A DNA stretch of 64,000 nt from Trueperaceae bacterium (GTDB lineage: Bacteria; Deinococcota; Deinococci; Deinococcales; Trueperaceae): NCBI GenBank assembly GCA_965214405.1, contig OZ243956.1:640001-704000 (forward strand), read 5' to 3'. Shown in pieces: positions 1-9,206 of this stretch. The notes under the pieces were generated by a model that was given only the letters and a program-made list of their open reading frames with translations, was not told the origin of the DNA and searched no databases. How positions within the stretch are numbered: position 1 is the stretch's first letter; every line of letters begins with the position of its first letter. The translations under genes were made by a program, and so were the position numbers.

Positions 1-2
1 AC

Positions 3-524
3 GTGGGCTACCGCATCCGGCAGGCGCAAGCCCCGACAAGGAAGCCCGAAGAGCGGTACTCGAGCCTCGCCGACAAGGTGGTGGAGGCGGGCCGTCTGGG
101 CCAAAAAACGGGCGCAGGCTTCTACCGCTACGAGGGCTCGCGCACGCCGCTTCCCGACCCGGAAATAGACGCGCTCGTGCTGGCGCATTCCGAAGAGGCG
201 GGCTTTACGCGCCGCGACATCTCGGACGAAGAAATTTTGAAACGCCTCATGTACGCGCTCGTCAACGAGGGTGCTTACATATTAGAGGAGGGCATCGCGG
301 CGCGCGCGGGCGACATCGACGTGATTTACGTTTACGGCTACGGCTTCCCCGCCTACCGGGGCGGCCCGATGTTCTACGCGGATACGGTGGGACTAAAAGA
401 AGTTTATGCGGATGTCGAGCGGTTCTACAAAGAGTTTGGCGACCACTGGAAGCCCGCGCCGCTTCTCAAAAAGCTGGCGGAAGAGGGCGGGACCTTTAAC
501 GGGTGGCGGGGGGAGAACGCGTGA
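3..524 (+). CDS. 3-hydroxyacyl-CoA dehydrogenase, C-terminal part (truncated by window edge)
   Basis: GRLGQKTGAGFY and DIDVIYVYGYGFPAYRGGPM motifs of the 3HCDH C-terminal domain. Confidence 0.9.
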   Translation: MGYRIRQAQAPTRKPEERYSSLADKVVEAGRLGQKTGAGFYRYEGSRTPLPDPEIDALVLAHSEEAGFTRRDISDEEILKRLMYALVNEGAYILEEGIAARAGDIDVIYVYGYGFPAYRGGPMFYADTVGLKEVYADVERFYKEFGDHWKPAPLLKKLAEEGGTFNGWRGENA

Positions 525-621
525 TAGAGCTTGAGCGTTCCCGAACGCGCGAGGCTCGAGGGGTTAGACCCATTCTCACACCCACTGACAGAACACGCCT
601 ACTGAAAGAAGAGGTAAACGC

Positions 622-1935
622 ATGACCGACACAACACTTCAACCTGACGCTGTTAAAGAGCCTCAGCTCGAGAGCCCGGCGCTGGCAAGACTCTTAGAAC
701 TCGCCCCCTCAGAAGAGGCCTTGGCGGAGGTGGTGCGGGGGCTCGAGCGTGACAAGCGCACCCCCACCCCGCCCCCCGTCAACGGCGACTTCTACGAGGT
801 GATGGACACCTTTAGCGAGGACGAAAAACGGGTGCAGCGCGTTTTACGCGCCTTTTTCGCGCGTGAGATTGACCCCATTATCAATGACTATTGGGACCGC
901 GGGGAGTTTCCCAGGGAGGTCGTTCCCAAGTTTGGGGCGCTCGTCGAGGAACTTTTTGGCCCCTATAAGCCCGGCATGTCCCTCAAGCGTTCCGGGGTGG
1001 TGTCGCTCGAGATGGGCCGCGGCGACCCCTCGATGTCGACCTTTTTCGGGGTGCATTGGGGGCTCTGCATGACCTCGATTGACTCTTTCGGCTCGCCCGA
1101 GCAAAAGGCGCGCTGGCTGCCCGCCATGTACCGCTTTGAAAAAATCGGCTCCTGGGCGCTCACCGAGCCCCTGGTGGGCTCCGCGGCGGCGGGAGGTCTG
1201 GGCACCACCGCGACGCGTAAGGGCGACACCTGGACCCTCAACGGCGAGAAGAAGTGGAGCGGCAACGCGACCCTTGCCGACGTCAACGTGATTTGGGCCA
1301 AGGACACCGCGGACGGACAAGTCAAGGGCTTTTTGGTCGAGAAGGGAACGCCGGGGTATCACGTCGAGAAGCTGCACGGCAAAATCGCCAAGCGCGCGAT
1401 TGACAATGTGCTGATTGGCCTCGAGGATGTGACCCTCTCCGAACATGACCGCCTGCCGGGCGTAAATTCCTTCAAGGACGTCGCCACGCAGCTCGCCAGC
1501 GGGCGCGCGGGGGTCGCCTGGGAAGCGGTGGGCATCGCGCTGGCGGCGTACGAGCACGCGCTCGACTACTGCAACAAACGCGCGCAGTTCGGTCGCCCCA
1601 TCACCTCGTTTCAGCTCGTTCAGGCGCAACTAGTCGGGATGCTCGGCAACGTGACCGCGATGCTCACGATGATGAACCGGCTTGCGGAACTCGAGAAACG
1701 CGACGGCGGCATCTCGCACGAGCGCGCGAGCCTCGCCAAAGCCTGGTGTACGGAACGGATGCGCGACACCGTCGCCACCGCTCGAGGCGTGGTCGGCGGC
1801 AACGGGATTTTGTTGGAGCACCAGATTGCCCGCTTTTTTGCCGACGCCGAGGCGGTCTATTCGTACGAGGGGTCGTGGGAGATGAACACGCTTATCGTCG
1901 GGCGGGCCATCACGGGCGTGAGCGCGTTTGTGTAA
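622..1935 (+). CDS. Acyl-CoA dehydrogenase (glutaryl-CoA DH / ACX4-like)
   Basis: WALTEP, WTLNGEKKW, RAQFGRPITSFQ, YSYEGS motifs; RBS GAGG upstream. Confidence 0.9.
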   Translation: MTDTTLQPDAVKEPQLESPALARLLELAPSEEALAEVVRGLERDKRTPTPPPVNGDFYEVMDTFSEDEKRVQRVLRAFFAREIDPIINDYWDRGEFPREVVPKFGALVEELFGPYKPGMSLKRSGVVSLEMGRGDPSMSTFFGVHWGLCMTSIDSFGSPEQKARWLPAMYRFEKIGSWALTEPLVGSAAAGGLGTTATRKGDTWTLNGEKKWSGNATLADVNVIWAKDTADGQVKGFLVEKGTPGYHVEKLHGKIAKRAIDNVLIGLEDVTLSEHDRLPGVNSFKDVATQLASGRAGVAWEAVGIALAAYEHALDYCNKRAQFGRPITSFQLVQAQLVGMLGNVTAMLTMMNRLAELEKRDGGISHERASLAKAWCTERMRDTVATARGVVGGNGILLEHQIARFFADAEAVYSYEGSWEMNTLIVGRAITGVSAFV

Positions 1936-2038
1936 AGGTGAGGAATTTGTGGGGAGGGCGCTGCTCTCCCCCGCTGACAACGCCTGATCGAGTCTCGAGT
2001 CCCGATATTCAGTGAATATGCAAAAAAGTCACTCACTC

Positions 2039-2062
2039 AACAAGGGGTTGCAACCCCTTGTT
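2039..2062. repeat. Perfect 24-bp palindrome (REP-like hairpin or bidirectional terminator) between convergent genes
   Basis: AACAAGGGGTTGCAACCCCTTGTT followed by T residues. Confidence 0.7.
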
Positions 2063-2170
2063 TTGTGGCACATTTAGCGCTCCCATTCTCGAGAGTACCG
2101 CAAACGTGTGAGACGACCGGGTTGACGCCCAAAACCGGCTCGGCCTCTCTCTCACCCTCTTTTAACAGAG

Positions 2171-3070
2171 TCACTGTTTAGCAAAGTCTGCGATAAGACT
2201 GGCTAACCTTTCCGCCTTGTCCTCCTGCAAAAAGTGCCCGCCGCCCTCTATCATCACGTGCGGCTGACCTTTCGCGCCGGGAATGTTTGTCTGAAAGGCC
2301 TCTTCACCGCCTTTAGTCACGGGGTCACCGTCGCTAAAGGCGGTCAGGACCGGCTTGTCGAAACGCGCCAGCACGCCCCAGGCCGCGCGGTTGTCCGCCG
2401 CGCCGGGGCCTTCAGGTGTGGTGGGGACGAGCATCGGGAGAACGCGCGCGGCGGCCTTGTAAGTTTCGTCGGGAAAAGGCGCGTCGTAGGCGGCAACTTC
2501 GGCGTCGGAGAGCGTTCGCTCGGTGCCGCCCTGGACGACGCCGCCCACCGGCAGCTCGGGCAGGTTTTGCGACATCGCTTGCCACGCTCTAAACGCCTCG
2601 GGCATCTCCCCCTCGCCTGTCGGCAACCCCGTATTGGCGATAACGAGGCGCGCGAAACGTTCCGGCGCGGCGGCGACCAGGCGCAGGCCGATGAGCCCGC
2701 CCCAGTCCTGGCAAAACAGAGTAATGTCTTCTAAGTTTAGCGCGTCAAAAAGCGCCGCGCGCATCCAGTCGACCTGACGCTGATAGGTGTGGTCGGTTCG
2801 CTCGCTGGGTTTGTCCGAGCGGCCAAAACCGACGAGGTCGGGCGCGACGACGCGAAAGCCCGCCGCGACAAGGGGCGGAATCATGTGGCGGTAGAGGTAG
2901 GACCAGGTGGGCTCGCCGTGCAAGAGGAGCACGGTCTCGCCTGCGCCCTCATCTAAATAGTGGACGCGCAGCTCGCCGCCTTCAAAGTCGGGGACATTCA
3001 GGTAGTGCGGCGCGAAGGGGTAGTCGGGGAGGTCGCGGAAGCGTTCGTCGGGGGTTTGTAAGATGTTCAT
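2171..3070 (-). CDS. Haloalkane dehalogenase (alpha/beta hydrolase)
   Basis: [12 protein letters not shown], nucleophile motif [12 protein letters not shown]. Confidence 0.9.
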   Translation of the reverse strand: MNILQTPDERFRDLPDYPFAPHYLNVPDFEGGELRVHYLDEGAGETVLLLHGEPTWSYLYRHMIPPLVAAGFRVVAPDLVGFGRSDKPSERTDHTYQRQVDWMRAALFDALNLEDITLFCQDWGGLIGLRLVAAAPERFARLVIANTGLPTGEGEMPEAFRAWQAMSQNLPELPVGGVVQGGTERTLSDAEVAAYDAPFPDETYKAAARVLPMLVPTTPEGPGAADNRAAWGVLARFDKPVLTAFSDGDPVTKGGEEAFQTNIPGAKGQPHVMIEGGGHFLQEDKAERLASLIADFAKQ

Positions 3071-3199
3071 GGTGTCTCCTTAGAGGGAACCCTAGAAAGG
3101 TGTGGGGTTGGAGGAGGATAGAAAGCGAATGTTAGGGACGAGACGAGCAGGTGGGGTTGGACACGTTTCTGTCACGAAACTTTTTATTACAGGGCTTTT

Positions 3200-4648
3200 C
3201 TACGACCGGGCCTCGAGCCGCGCCCTTATATCAGCGTAACGTTCGCGGGTAAGCGGATAAAAGTAAGCCAGCGGGAGACTCAGCAGGAGCAAAACGGCGG
3301 GCACGACGCTCACGAGGAGGCGCAGCGTGATCAAGACCGCGTCGGGTTGGGTCACGACTTCACCGGCAACGCTCGGCGTGAGGTAACCGGCGGCCTCCAA
3401 GGCGAAGCCCGACGCCGCCAACCCCACCGACAGCCCCAGCTTTTGCGAAAAGACGAACATCCCGTAGAACACGCCCTCGCGCCGCCGCCCGGTGCGCAGC
3501 TCGTCCTCATCGACCACGTCGGGCAGCATACTCCAGGGGATGAGGTAGGCGACCGCGCCCCCCATCCCGATAAAGCTCGAGGCGAGATAGTAGAGCGCGA
3601 CCTCGCCGCGCGGCACGAGGTAAAGAGCCGCTAATCCCAAGGCCCACATCGACACCCCCGCCACGTACACGCCCCTTTTGCCGATGCGGTGACTCAAGCG
3701 CTCCCACACGCCCAAAAAAAGGATGGCTGTCACCTGAAACGCCAAGATGATGCCCGTAAAATGCGACTCGACCTCTGCGTAGTAGCGGATAAAGAGCAGC
3801 AGGTTGTTTTGGACTAAAAGCAACGTGAGCCACGAAAAAAAGTAGATGCCGGTGGCGAAAAGAAACGAGCGGCTTTGAAAGGCCTCACGAAATTCCCCGA
3901 CAACGCCGCTTAGATTTCCGGCTGAGGCCGCGCGGCCATACCCATACGACGCCTCGAGCGGCGTCGTTTCATCCTGCGAATCAACCGGCGTCGGTTCAAT
4001 CGGGGTCAGCTCGTACGTGTAGCGAAAGGTGAAAAGGAGGCTCAGCACGATAAACAAGCCCCATACACCCGCGCTTATCAAATTACCCGAGAACACGTCT
4101 CCGCCCAAGCCGACCAACAGCGGGTGGAGCGTGACGGCTAAGAGGCTGCCAATGAGGTTAAACGAGAAGCGGTAGGTATTGAGGCTCGTGCGCGCGTCGT
4201 AGTCGCGGGTGAGTTCGGGCGTCAGCGCGCCGTAGGGGATGCCCACCACCGTAAAGGCGGTGCGGAAGAGCAGCGCCACGCCGAGGTAGTACGCGAACAA
4301 AGCTGCCCCTTGCAGGTCCGGCACAACCCAGTTGAGCACGTAAGCCAAACCGAAGGGCACCGCGCCAAAAAGAATCCAGGGGCGCTTGCGGCCCCAGCGC
4401 GTCCGGGTCCGGTCGGACCACACGCCCACCACGGGGTCGGTGACCGCGTCCCAGATTTGCGCGAGGAGAAAAATGACGCCGACCGCGCCGGGACGCAGCC
4501 CGGCCACGTCGAGCAAAAAGGCGGTCAGGAAAAAGCCCGTGATGGTGACGACCGCAGCGCCGCCCATATCGCCCACCCCGTAGGCGACCTTGGTGAGACG
4601 GGTAAGGCGCTCCTCTTGAACGGGTTTGGCAACAGGTTGTGTGGTCAC
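3200..4648 (-). CDS. MFS transporter, glycoside-pentoside-hexuronide (MelB-like) family
   Basis: WDAVTDP..G..SDRTRTRWGRKRPW, GRRREG motifs; start moved to GTG 4648 behind GGAGG. Confidence 0.9.
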   Translation of the reverse strand: MTTQPVAKPVQEERLTRLTKVAYGVGDMGGAAVVTITGFFLTAFLLDVAGLRPGAVGVIFLLAQIWDAVTDPVVGVWSDRTRTRWGRKRPWILFGAVPFGLAYVLNWVVPDLQGAALFAYYLGVALLFRTAFTVVGIPYGALTPELTRDYDARTSLNTYRFSFNLIGSLLAVTLHPLLVGLGGDVFSGNLISAGVWGLFIVLSLLFTFRYTYELTPIEPTPVDSQDETTPLEASYGYGRAASAGNLSGVVGEFREAFQSRSFLFATGIYFFSWLTLLLVQNNLLLFIRYYAEVESHFTGIILAFQVTAILFLGVWERLSHRIGKRGVYVAGVSMWALGLAALYLVPRGEVALYYLASSFIGMGGAVAYLIPWSMLPDVVDEDELRTGRRREGVFYGMFVFSQKLGLSVGLAASGFALEAAGYLTPSVAGEVVTQPDAVLITLRLLVSVVPAVLLLLSLPLAYFYPLTRERYADIRARLEARS

Positions 4649-4881
4649 CGAACAACCTCCTCGAAGGGGCTTGGCTTTCACGCACATGAGCACTTCACCC
4701 TCTTGTACGCCGATGTCCCAGCGGTGCTCCGGCAGGTACAAAGGAACGGCAAGAAAGGTGCAAAAAACGTCTTTACCCTTTAGCCAATAATAGTATCAGA
4801 ATTTGGGGCAGGACGTCGTGAGAAGAGGAGCAGAAAGCCGTCACGCTTCTTTTTCTCAGCAATGCGCTAGGTGCGCCTTCT

Positions 4882-4983
4882 GGCTCGAGCCGAGGGCGTT
4901 CGAGGGCTAGCGTCACCCCGGGTAAGGGGTTTAGCTTGCCTTACGTGCATATTTTGGCAAGCTGACGAGGGGGAAGGCTCGAG
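4882..4983. repeat. Structured intergenic repeat, copy R1
   Basis: CTCGAG at both ends; internal stem AGCTTGCC..GGCAAGCT; 3' part GCTGACGAGGG.GAAGGCTCGAG shared with R2 and R3. Confidence 0.85.
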
Positions 4984-5064
4984 TTGTTTAAGGTGAGGGC
5001 TCAAGGTAGAACTCAAGACGGTAACGGAAGTGACGGTAGATGACTTGTTAAGCTCTCAGCGCCG

Positions 5065-5463
5065 TCAACCGTAGTGTCCCCTCGTCAACAAAACGCGGCG
5101 TTCCAGCAGACGCTCTTCGTCGTTAAAGCGCAGCAAAAAGGCGGTCGAGCGCCCCTCGGGCGTACTGCCTAGGATACGCTCACCCTCCAAAAAGAAGTGG
5201 TCCGCCCAGCGCTGTGTGCGCGGGTCGAACAGGCGCGTCACTTCACCTGTTTCCGGGTCAACGGAACTCAGGTTCGGTCCCTTGTAGCGGTTACACACGG
5301 CGCAGCAGAAAGCCAGGTTGGTGTCACCGTCCGCTCCGCCGTGTTGTCTGGCGACGACGTGGTCGAGTTGGTGGGGTAGCAGGGCTTGTGTTTGGGGGAA
5401 AAGACAGTATTCGCAGCGCCCCCGCGCCCGCCGCTGTACGCGCTCGCGGAGTGCTTCACTCAC
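5065..5463 (-). CDS. HNH endonuclease, putative toxin
   Basis: CEYC..DHVVARQHGG..NLAFCCAVCNRYKG, LFDPRTQRWADHF. Confidence 0.9.
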   Translation of the reverse strand: MSEALRERVQRRARGRCEYCLFPQTQALLPHQLDHVVARQHGGADGDTNLAFCCAVCNRYKGPNLSSVDPETGEVTRLFDPRTQRWADHFFLEGERILGSTPEGRSTAFLLRFNDEERLLERRVLLTRGHYG

Positions 5464-5807
5464 GCATCCGTCAGTTCGTCGGCAAGGTTGGCTTTAACAA
5501 GTCGCACCACGTGCTCGAGTCTCAGGTACTCGTCAAGCTCCTGGGCTTCGGCGTCACTCAGGACGCCCTCGCGGTTTCGTGTGAGCAGCTCTGCCACGCG
5601 CTTTTGTGACGCCTCGGGGAGCCGGTAGCCGTGAACCTCTCGTGGGGTCGGGTTCGAGACCAGAAACGCCACCAAGTCGCTTGCCGCTCCTTGGGCGGGC
5701 GTCTTGAGCGTGAGCAGGCTCAGCTCCAAAATGGCAGGCAGCCAGCGGCTAAAAGGCTCTACGCGCTGCTTGAGCTGTTCCGGCAGGTTCAAGGTCAGAG
5801 ACGCCAT
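5460..5807 (-). CDS. Small protein translationally coupled to HNH gene, putative antitoxin
   Basis: GTGA overlap with HNH start; N-terminal LTLNLPE strand (RHH-like); C-terminal ELLTRNREGVLSDAEAQELDEY helix. Confidence 0.7.
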   Translation of the reverse strand: MASLTLNLPEQLKQRVEPFSRWLPAILELSLLTLKTPAQGAASDLVAFLVSNPTPREVHGYRLPEASQKRVAELLTRNREGVLSDAEAQELDEYLRLEHVVRLVKANLADELTDA

Positions 5808-5841
5808 GCAGCTAGCTTAGCAAACTTACAAGCTCCGGTAC

Positions 5842-5959
5842 GCTCGAGCCGAGGGCGCTTGAGGACTAGCGTCAACTTGAGCAAGGTCTTGTCTCGAGCC
5901 TGCCCAAGCGGGTCGTGCGTACTTTTTTGGGCAGGCTGACGAGGGTGAAGGCTCGAGCC
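5842..5959. repeat. Structured intergenic repeat, copy R2
   Basis: Three CTCGAG sites (5843, 5893, 5952); 11-bp stem AGCCTGCCCAA..TTGGGCAGGCT. Confidence 0.85.
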
Positions 5960-5976
5960 TCTATATAGTTCGGTAG

Positions 5977-6360
5977 TTACGCGGCCTCGAGGTCGGTCCG
6001 TGAGAAGTCCTCACCCTTAAAAAGCAGCGGTTCACCCCGCCGCTTGGCGAGCGCGTAGGCGAAGCAGTCGCCGAAGTTCAGGCCTGCTCGGTGCTTTCCC
6101 TTGCCATATTTTGCGTAGGCACCCAAGGCAAGTTCGGCTTGTTGAGCGTCAAAAGGAACCACGGTGACGGCTGTTTGGAGATAGAAGGTTAAATCCCGCA
6201 CCCCTTCGTAGCTGTAACGCGCCTCGATGACGATAGCCGTCTCTAAATAAGAACCCGCCGAGACGAAACAACCTCCCGCCCCGGCGATTTTCTCGTTGAA
6301 GGTGCGGCGTTCCGGCTCGTTAGAAAGGATGGCGACTAAAGCCGATGTGTCGACAACCAT
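5977..6360 (-). CDS. vapC: VapC PIN-domain toxin
   Basis: VVDTSALVAI, LNFGDCFAYALA, LLFKGEDF. Confidence 0.95.
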   Translation of the reverse strand: MVVDTSALVAILSNEPERRTFNEKIAGAGGCFVSAGSYLETAIVIEARYSYEGVRDLTFYLQTAVTVVPFDAQQAELALGAYAKYGKGKHRAGLNFGDCFAYALAKRRGEPLLFKGEDFSRTDLEAA

Positions 6361-6587
6361 TATTCTGGCATCCCCTGCTCGTTATAGCCGAGGATGGCGT
6401 CGGCGGGACGGTCGTCTCGAACGGGCAGGGAAGCGCAGTGCTCGGCGATGACCTCGAGCTTGTCCAGGAGCGGCGCGCTTCTCTGCTCAGTTTTCCTCAG
6501 TGCCTCCCTGAGCGCCCCAACAACGGCCTGCGTCATGCTTTGCCCCGTCACGTGAGCTAGCTTGCGTGCTAGGGTCTGTCTGACTAA

Positions 6588-7028
6588 TCAAAGCCAGAGG
6601 ATGATGGAGGCGAGGAGCACACCAGCACGGTAGTTTCTGCCGCGTTTGTCGTAGCGGGTGGCAACGGCGCGAAAGTCTTTAAGTCGGTTGATGCAGCGTT
6701 CGACCACGTTACGTCCTTTGTAGGCTTGCTTATCGAAAGCAGGAGGTCGTCCACCTTTTGTGCCCTTAGACAAGCGAGACTTCTTGGCATCTTCGCGCTC
6801 GGGGCTGATACAGATGATGCCCCTGCGCCTTAGTATCTTCCGCTGCTTGTTGAAACCATAAGCGCGGTCGAGTCTAAGCTGAGGGGGGCGCTTACGCGGT
6901 CGCCCTCTGCCAAGGCGGGGCACATAAATCTCGTCCAAGACCGGCTCTAGCCAAGCGGCGTCGTTGCGCTGTCCCGCCGTGATGACCACGGACAGGGGTC
7001 GCACTTTGCCGTCCGCGCAGGTATGCAC
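6588..7028 (-). CDS. IS5-family transposase OrfB (C-terminal DDE part)
   Basis: [31 protein letters not shown]. Confidence 0.9.
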   Translation of the reverse strand: MHTCADGKVRPLSVVITAGQRNDAAWLEPVLDEIYVPRLGRGRPRKRPPQLRLDRAYGFNKQRKILRRRGIICISPEREDAKKSRLSKGTKGGRPPAFDKQAYKGRNVVERCINRLKDFRAVATRYDKRGRNYRAGVLLASIILWL

Positions 7029-7072
7029 CTTGCTGGTGTGGCCTCCGCGTGAGTGTCCCAGCCACTCGTCTG

Positions 7073-7447
7073 CTAAGGTCCCCTTTTTTCACCCTCAGCA
7101 GGCCGCTTCCTCGCCCCGCTGGCGCTGCGGTGCGCTTTAATATGAGAGCTGTCTAACGCTGCGCCGTCCCAATCAATCTCACCCGCCGCATCGGCGTGAG
7201 CTTGAAGCCTGTGCAGGATGCGCTTCCAGACACCGTTGCGCTCCCACCTCGTGAAGCGGTCCCAGCAGGTCTGCCAAGGTCCGTAGCGTTCAGGAACGTC
7301 GCGCCAGGGAGCGCCTGTTTTCAAGCGCCACGAAATGCCGTTGATGACCTGTCGGTGGTTGCGGTAGTTGTGACCCCGTTGGGGATTGGGGGGTAGATGC
7401 GGTTTTAGTGCTTGCCACTGCTGCTCTTTTAGGTCTGTTCGTGCCAT
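7073..7447 (-). CDS. IS5-family transposase OrfA (N-terminal part)
   Basis: [29 protein letters not shown]; ends at an A7G slippery run. Confidence 0.9.
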   Translation of the reverse strand: MARTDLKEQQWQALKPHLPPNPQRGHNYRNHRQVINGISWRLKTGAPWRDVPERYGPWQTCWDRFTRWERNGVWKRILHRLQAHADAAGEIDWDGAALDSSHIKAHRSASGARKRPAEGEKRGP

Positions 7448-7589
7448 ACGCCTACCCTAAACCATCTTCATCCCTTCTGTCAGACAGACCCTAGCTCATG
7501 CGCCTCACTATTCTTGATGTTGAGTGCGTTTCTTCCTTCTTTCATATTTTCTACCATACTACAAAACGCATCTGGTCGTGGGGGTAGCT

Positions 7590-7803
7590 TTACGCGCCTT
7601 CGCCGAGCCAGAACTCGTCTGGAGGTGGCCCGTCAAAATCATCCCCAACAACGGTTTGTCCCTCACGCAATCCTGCAGTACGCGGTTCTTTTCGAACGGC
7701 TTTCCCTCTCTTGTCAAGCAAAAAGACTGCAAAGTCGTAGACCTCATTTTTGTAGTTCGCTGGGTAGCTGGTCTAAAAGGTTGTGGAGGTTTGAGCCGTC
7801 CAT
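7590..7803 (-). pseudogene. DUF2281-like antitoxin-type gene with a 1-nt frameshift (absent from ORF track)
   Basis: MDGSNLHNLLDQLPSELQ / EVYDFAVFLLDKRGKAVRKEPRTAGLREGQTVVGDDFDGPPPDEFWLGEGA*; break at the A5 run near 7747-7751. Confidence 0.75.
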
Positions 7804-7974
7804 AATTTTAGTTTACTCGGGCCTCCTCTCTTTCTTACCCACACATTCAATGTGTCTTCTTGAGACGAGCGCATTCTACCGAAACTCTGTAGCGCTGGCT
7901 CGAGCCTCTTTTATTTGTTACAAACCGCCGACTACACACCGTTAGGGCTCGAGTTCACCCCCGGTTAGAGCGTG

Positions 7975-8089
7975 GGCTCGAGCGCAACGTGGTGTGTCCT
8001 ACCAGGCGCGAGCGAGGTCTTGTCTCGAGCTCGCCTAAAAAGTCATGCCTACCTTTTCGGGTAGGCTGACGAGGGTGAAGGCTCGAGCC
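7975..8089. repeat. Structured intergenic repeat, copy R3 (diverged 5' half)
   Basis: AGGTCTTGTCTCGAGC and GGCTGACGAGGGTGAAGGCTCGAGCCT shared with R2; stem GCCTACC..GGTAGGC. Confidence 0.8.
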
Positions 8090-8307
8090 TCCTCTTCACT
8101 CACAACCAACCGTCCACTCCGGCACCCCCGCATCCGCCGACCCATACACCTCCGACCAATACACCTCGGCCTTGCTCATGTCCTGGGGGAAGGTGTAGCG
8201 CAAAGGCTCGCTGCTTCCGGCGCGCCACGCCGCCAAGTCTTGTCTTCCGCCCCTCCCGTGGCTGAACCGCTCCCCACACCCTCGGCAATCTGGTAGACTT
8301 CTCTCTT

Positions 8308-8733
8308 GCGGTGAGAGGTGTTTGATCGCGGCGCTTGCTAAAGCGCTGAGGAAAGTCCGGGCACCACAGGGCAGGGTGCCAGCTAACGGCTGGGCGCGTA
8401 AGGCGACGGCACGTGCAACAGAAAGTAGACTGCCAGGGAGGTGTCATCTCGTTCAAAAGCACCCTGTTATCCGTGAGATAACTGAACGTGCTGACAACGG
8501 GATGTTACCCCCTCCCCGGTCAAGGTGAAACGGTGGAGTAAGAGCCCACCAGCACCTTTGGTAACAAAGGTGGCTAGGTAAACCCCACCCGGTGCAAGGT
8601 CCGAAAGAGAGAGAGCCTGCTCGGCTCGTTTGCATCTCGAGGATGACCGCTCGAGGCGCTTAGCGATAGGCGCCCCAGATAGATGATCAAGGCCCCGCGA
8701 GGGGTACAGAACCCGGCTTACAGCCTCTCCCGC
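8308..8733 (+). ncRNA. rnpB: RNase P RNA, bacterial type A
   Basis: GAGGAAAGTCCGGGC, AAGGTGAAACGGTGG..TAAGAGC, GGTAAACCCCACCCGGTGCAAG, ACAGAACCCGGCTTA; P1 end pairing. Confidence 0.97.
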
Positions 8734-9069
8734 ACTTATTTTGCTGAAGCTTTATATGTTTTCCCGCCTAAACGTCTCTGCGTATTGAGGTGGTGGGAAG
8801 ATGGGAGGCATAAAGAAGCTTCCTACACACCCCAAGCTCTCTATCCCCACTTTTTAATGTGAGGTTGTTCACAACCCTTTTGGCACCCACTCCTTCCTGG
8901 CTGCCAAACCCCAATTTTTGACGTGCTGGACTCGCTCTCCGTGCTAAAGTCAGCGCCAGAGACGCGCGTTTTTCTTTCCTAACAATCCGTAAACCTCTAA
9001 TCTTTCCCTCTGCTAAGGTGGAGGCGAGGTGGGAGAAACGGGTTATTTCAGCCTCATTTTGGAGTTGAA

Positions 9070-9094
9070 GTGGGAGATGGTGGGAAATGGTGGA
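9070..9094 (+). promoter_or_regulatory. MraZ operator boxes
   Basis: GTGGG/GTGGG/GTGGA at 10-bp period upstream of mraZ. Confidence 0.75.
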
Positions 9095-9206
9095 AAAGTG
9101 TGTTAACCTGTCCCACAGAACCGGAGTGGGTGAGACGCGTGTGTTGGAGACTTAATCGAGCCTCGAAAGGCCGCCCCGCTCCGAGTTCCCGGTGGGAGGA
9201 GGGTGG

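Larger units (their letters stand above)
6573..7490 (-). mobile_element. IS5-family insertion sequence, ~918 bp
   Basis: Terminal IRs GGTCTGTCTGAC / GTCAGACAGACC, CTAG on both flanks (6569-6572, 7491-7494), two-ORF DDE transposase. Confidence 0.92.
6360..7545 (-). pseudogene. vapB: VapB antitoxin split by an IS (5' part 7545-7491, 3' part 6568-6360)
   Basis: Removing the IS and one CTAG restores MKEGRNALNIKNSEAHELARKLAHVTGQSMTQAVVGALREAL in frame. Confidence 0.9.

Noticed and set aside
7514..7945. Plus-strand ORFs of 143 and 93 aa and a minus-strand 62-aa ORF
   Set aside because: Region is better explained by the frameshifted DUF2281-like gene and the vapB 5' end
4882..8089. CRISPR array or classical integron
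   Set aside because: Repeats are ~100+ bp with kb-scale gene-containing spacers; no cas or intI gene, and no clear RYYYAAC/GTTRRRY cores
8045..8635. Short ORFs over rnpB
   Set aside because: Region is RNase P RNA and its promoter
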